Sequence record: PP895363.1
DNA from: Klebsiella phage FKP3
DNA: 64,000 nt
Direction: 5' to 3' (one strand)
Shown here: positions 62,553 to 64,000 of the stretch, one piece after another
Layout of the letters: the number at the start of each line of letters is the position of its first letter
How positions within the stretch are numbered: position 1 is the first letter of the stretch
The notes under the pieces: generated by a model
What the model saw: only the letters and a program-made list of their open reading frames with translations
What the model was told of the DNA's origin: nothing
Databases searched by the model: none
Made by a program: the position numbers and the translations under genes

Positions 62553-63125
62553 ATGCAAGGATTATTTTATACTGGTGTAGGAAGTAGAGATATTTCCGAT
62601 GAAGAATGGGATATAATGGTTGCTGTTGCTAAATGGTTAGCACAGTGGCTTAAGTTAAGATCAGGTAAGGCAGGAGGCTCCGATTCTGCATTCGAGTATG
62701 GTGTGTCCTTGTCCAACTTTCCTGATAATAAAGAAATTTACATTCCGTGGCCTAAATTTGAAGGTAATGAAATAGCAGGGGAGAAAATTTGTCTTGACAG
62801 CCCTGATACAATGAACTACGCTATAAGCGTTAAATATGCAAAAGAAATACACCCAGCTTGGGATAGATTATCTCAAGGGGCTAAGAAATTGCATCAACGT
62901 AATGTTCATCAGGTGCTAGGGAGAGATTTAGAAAATCCTGTTCCCTCTTTATTTTTATTGGCTTGTTCAGATGTAGATAAAAATGGGGATGCAAAAGGAG
63001 GGACTAGAACTGCATGGATGTTAGCAAAACAGTTTAATATCCCTTGCTTTAACATACGAGGTAAAAGTAAACGGGAAATCTTTGAATTCATTAAACCTAT
63101 TCTAGAGGAGACAATTAATGCTTGA
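62553..63125 (+). CDS. DprA/Smf-like (SLOG Rossmann) domain protein
   Basis: N-terminal YTGVGSRD, then SGKAGGSDSAFEYG, HQVLGRD and ...GGTRTAWMLAKQ... follow the DprA Rossmann-domain motif pattern. Confidence 0.35.
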   Translation: MQGLFYTGVGSRDISDEEWDIMVAVAKWLAQWLKLRSGKAGGSDSAFEYGVSLSNFPDNKEIYIPWPKFEGNEIAGEKICLDSPDTMNYAISVKYAKEIHPAWDRLSQGAKKLHQRNVHQVLGRDLENPVPSLFLLACSDVDKNGDAKGGTRTAWMLAKQFNIPCFNIRGKSKREIFEFIKPILEETINA

Positions 63126-63639
63126 AGCATGTCTGAGAGGAGGAGAACGTACTAATGTGAGTCATATGCATCACGATCTCGTAGATTTAACTAAGACTAT
63201 CCAAGGGCGTGTACGAGATACCCTTCACCAAGGTACTCGTTTTGTTATGGACAAAGTAGACTTTCTTTATCATAATTGCGATGTCTTCTTGACACGAGAT
63301 AATGTTGCATATACTATTCCATTTTATCCGCTAGATAAAGATTTAAGTCAACAAGAGATTGAAGATATTAATCTTCATTTCTTAGGGTATGTTCCATTTG
63401 AAAACACTGTACTACAAACATTCACTACCGTGATGGTGAATGAGATTTTACGTGCAATTGTTCGTGAGTTAGATAACGGAGCACAAAAAGTAGCTGTGCA
63501 TTTTGCTCCTGCTGATACTATCCAGTATGCAGGGACTACAGCGTATCCTTTATATGGGTTCATTTCAAATAATACCCTGCAAATGGAAACTTCTTTCTTC
63601 ATTGAAATTATTAAAGAATCAGAAGGAGTGAACAAATGA
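63118..63639 (+). CDS. hypothetical protein
   Basis: 173 aa ORF. Confidence 0.3.
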   Translation: MLEACLRGGERTNVSHMHHDLVDLTKTIQGRVRDTLHQGTRFVMDKVDFLYHNCDVFLTRDNVAYTIPFYPLDKDLSQQEIEDINLHFLGYVPFENTVLQTFTTVMVNEILRAIVRELDNGAQKVAVHFAPADTIQYAGTTAYPLYGFISNNTLQMETSFFIEIIKESEGVNK

Positions 63640-63794
63640 AAACTATCGAGCAACTGATTGCAGAAAAGTTAGAAGAAGCTATTGTTATGGCTCGTGCTGA
63701 GGGTTTAGGGCATGATTATTTCAACATTGCTTTAGAAGATGGGGAAAATGTTGAAGTAAATGTTTCTTGGCGTAGTTCTTCTTATGATTGTTAA
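63636..63794 (+). CDS. small protein (52 aa)
   Basis: ATGA overlap; MKTIEQLIAEKLEEAIVMARAEGLGHDYF... Confidence 0.2.
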   Translation: MKTIEQLIAEKLEEAIVMARAEGLGHDYFNIALEDGENVEVNVSWRSSSYDC

Positions 63795-63809
63795 CTAGGG
63801 GAGGGTTGT

Positions 63810-64000
63810 ATGGCAGGCTTAGAACATTCTTTTGTGGAGTCTTGGGAAGGCTGGGATGAGGTAGGTAGTGCTGGTGATCTTTGTTTTTATGATTGTAAAC
63901 TTCTACCGCATATCCAAGATATTGCTCCCGAAGGTACAAAGCATACAGTCATGATTTTTCTAATGAGTGAATCAACTGTACAATTTGATTTTTATTCACA
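63810..64000 (+). CDS. hypothetical protein, N-terminal part (runs off window end)
   Basis: ATG at 63810 after GGGGAGGG; frame open to the window end. Confidence 0.25.
   Translation, partial: MAGLEHSFVESWEGWDEVGSAGDLCFYDCKLLPHIQDIAPEGTKHTVMIFLMSESTVQFDFYS

Noticed and set aside
1-64000. CRISPR arrays, rRNA genes, transposase/IS elements
   Set aside because: No regularly spaced direct repeats, no rRNA-like conserved strings and no transposase-like ORFs were seen. The only mobile elements are the HNH genes, an intein and a putative intron.

Overview
This 64 kb window looks like part of a virulent myovirus genome, in two oppositely transcribed halves. From memory of gene content (NadV, Prs, about 25 tRNAs, ThyX, NrdAB) it resembles Felix O1-like/Ounavirinae phages; this was not checked against any database. 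Positions ~1-23600 (minus strand) hold a morphogenesis block: baseplate/tail fibre, tape measure, a chaperone pair with a -1 frameshift, tube, sheath, neck, major capsid, scaffold, portal, and a terminase large-subunit gene. The terminase gene carries both a mini-intein in its Walker A loop and a ~1.36 kb insertion with an HNH homing endonuclease that looks like a group I intron. An overlapped Rz/Rz1-like spanin pair follows. Positions ~23750-29900 (minus) are a dense tRNA array of about 20 recognisable tRNAs plus several aberrant tRNA-like elements, with repeated sigma70-like promoters (TTGACA-N17/18-TAGAGT/TATAGT) and one embedded HNH gene. Positions ~29900-34050 (minus) hold an NAD+ salvage pair, NadV (NAMPT) and PRPP synthetase, split by another HNH endonuclease. 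From ~34100 to the end the plus strand carries early/DNA-metabolism genes. Recognisable products are a metallophosphoesterase, RNA ligase and P-loop kinase in a row (an RNA-repair cassette), an ATP-dependent DNA ligase, a T4 RNase H/FEN-like nuclease with no canonical start codon, a DEDDy exonuclease, ThyX, NrdA/NrdB, glutaredoxin, RmlC and RmlD homologues, T4-type lysozyme, PhoH, an HslV-like peptidase, a small DNA methyltransferase, a serine recombinase, a frameshifted lambda-type Ser/Thr phosphatase, and many small ORFs. Coordinates of tRNAs and regulatory sites were derived by eye and may be off by a few nucleotides. Protein functions are inferred from motifs I could see in the translations; none were database-verified.
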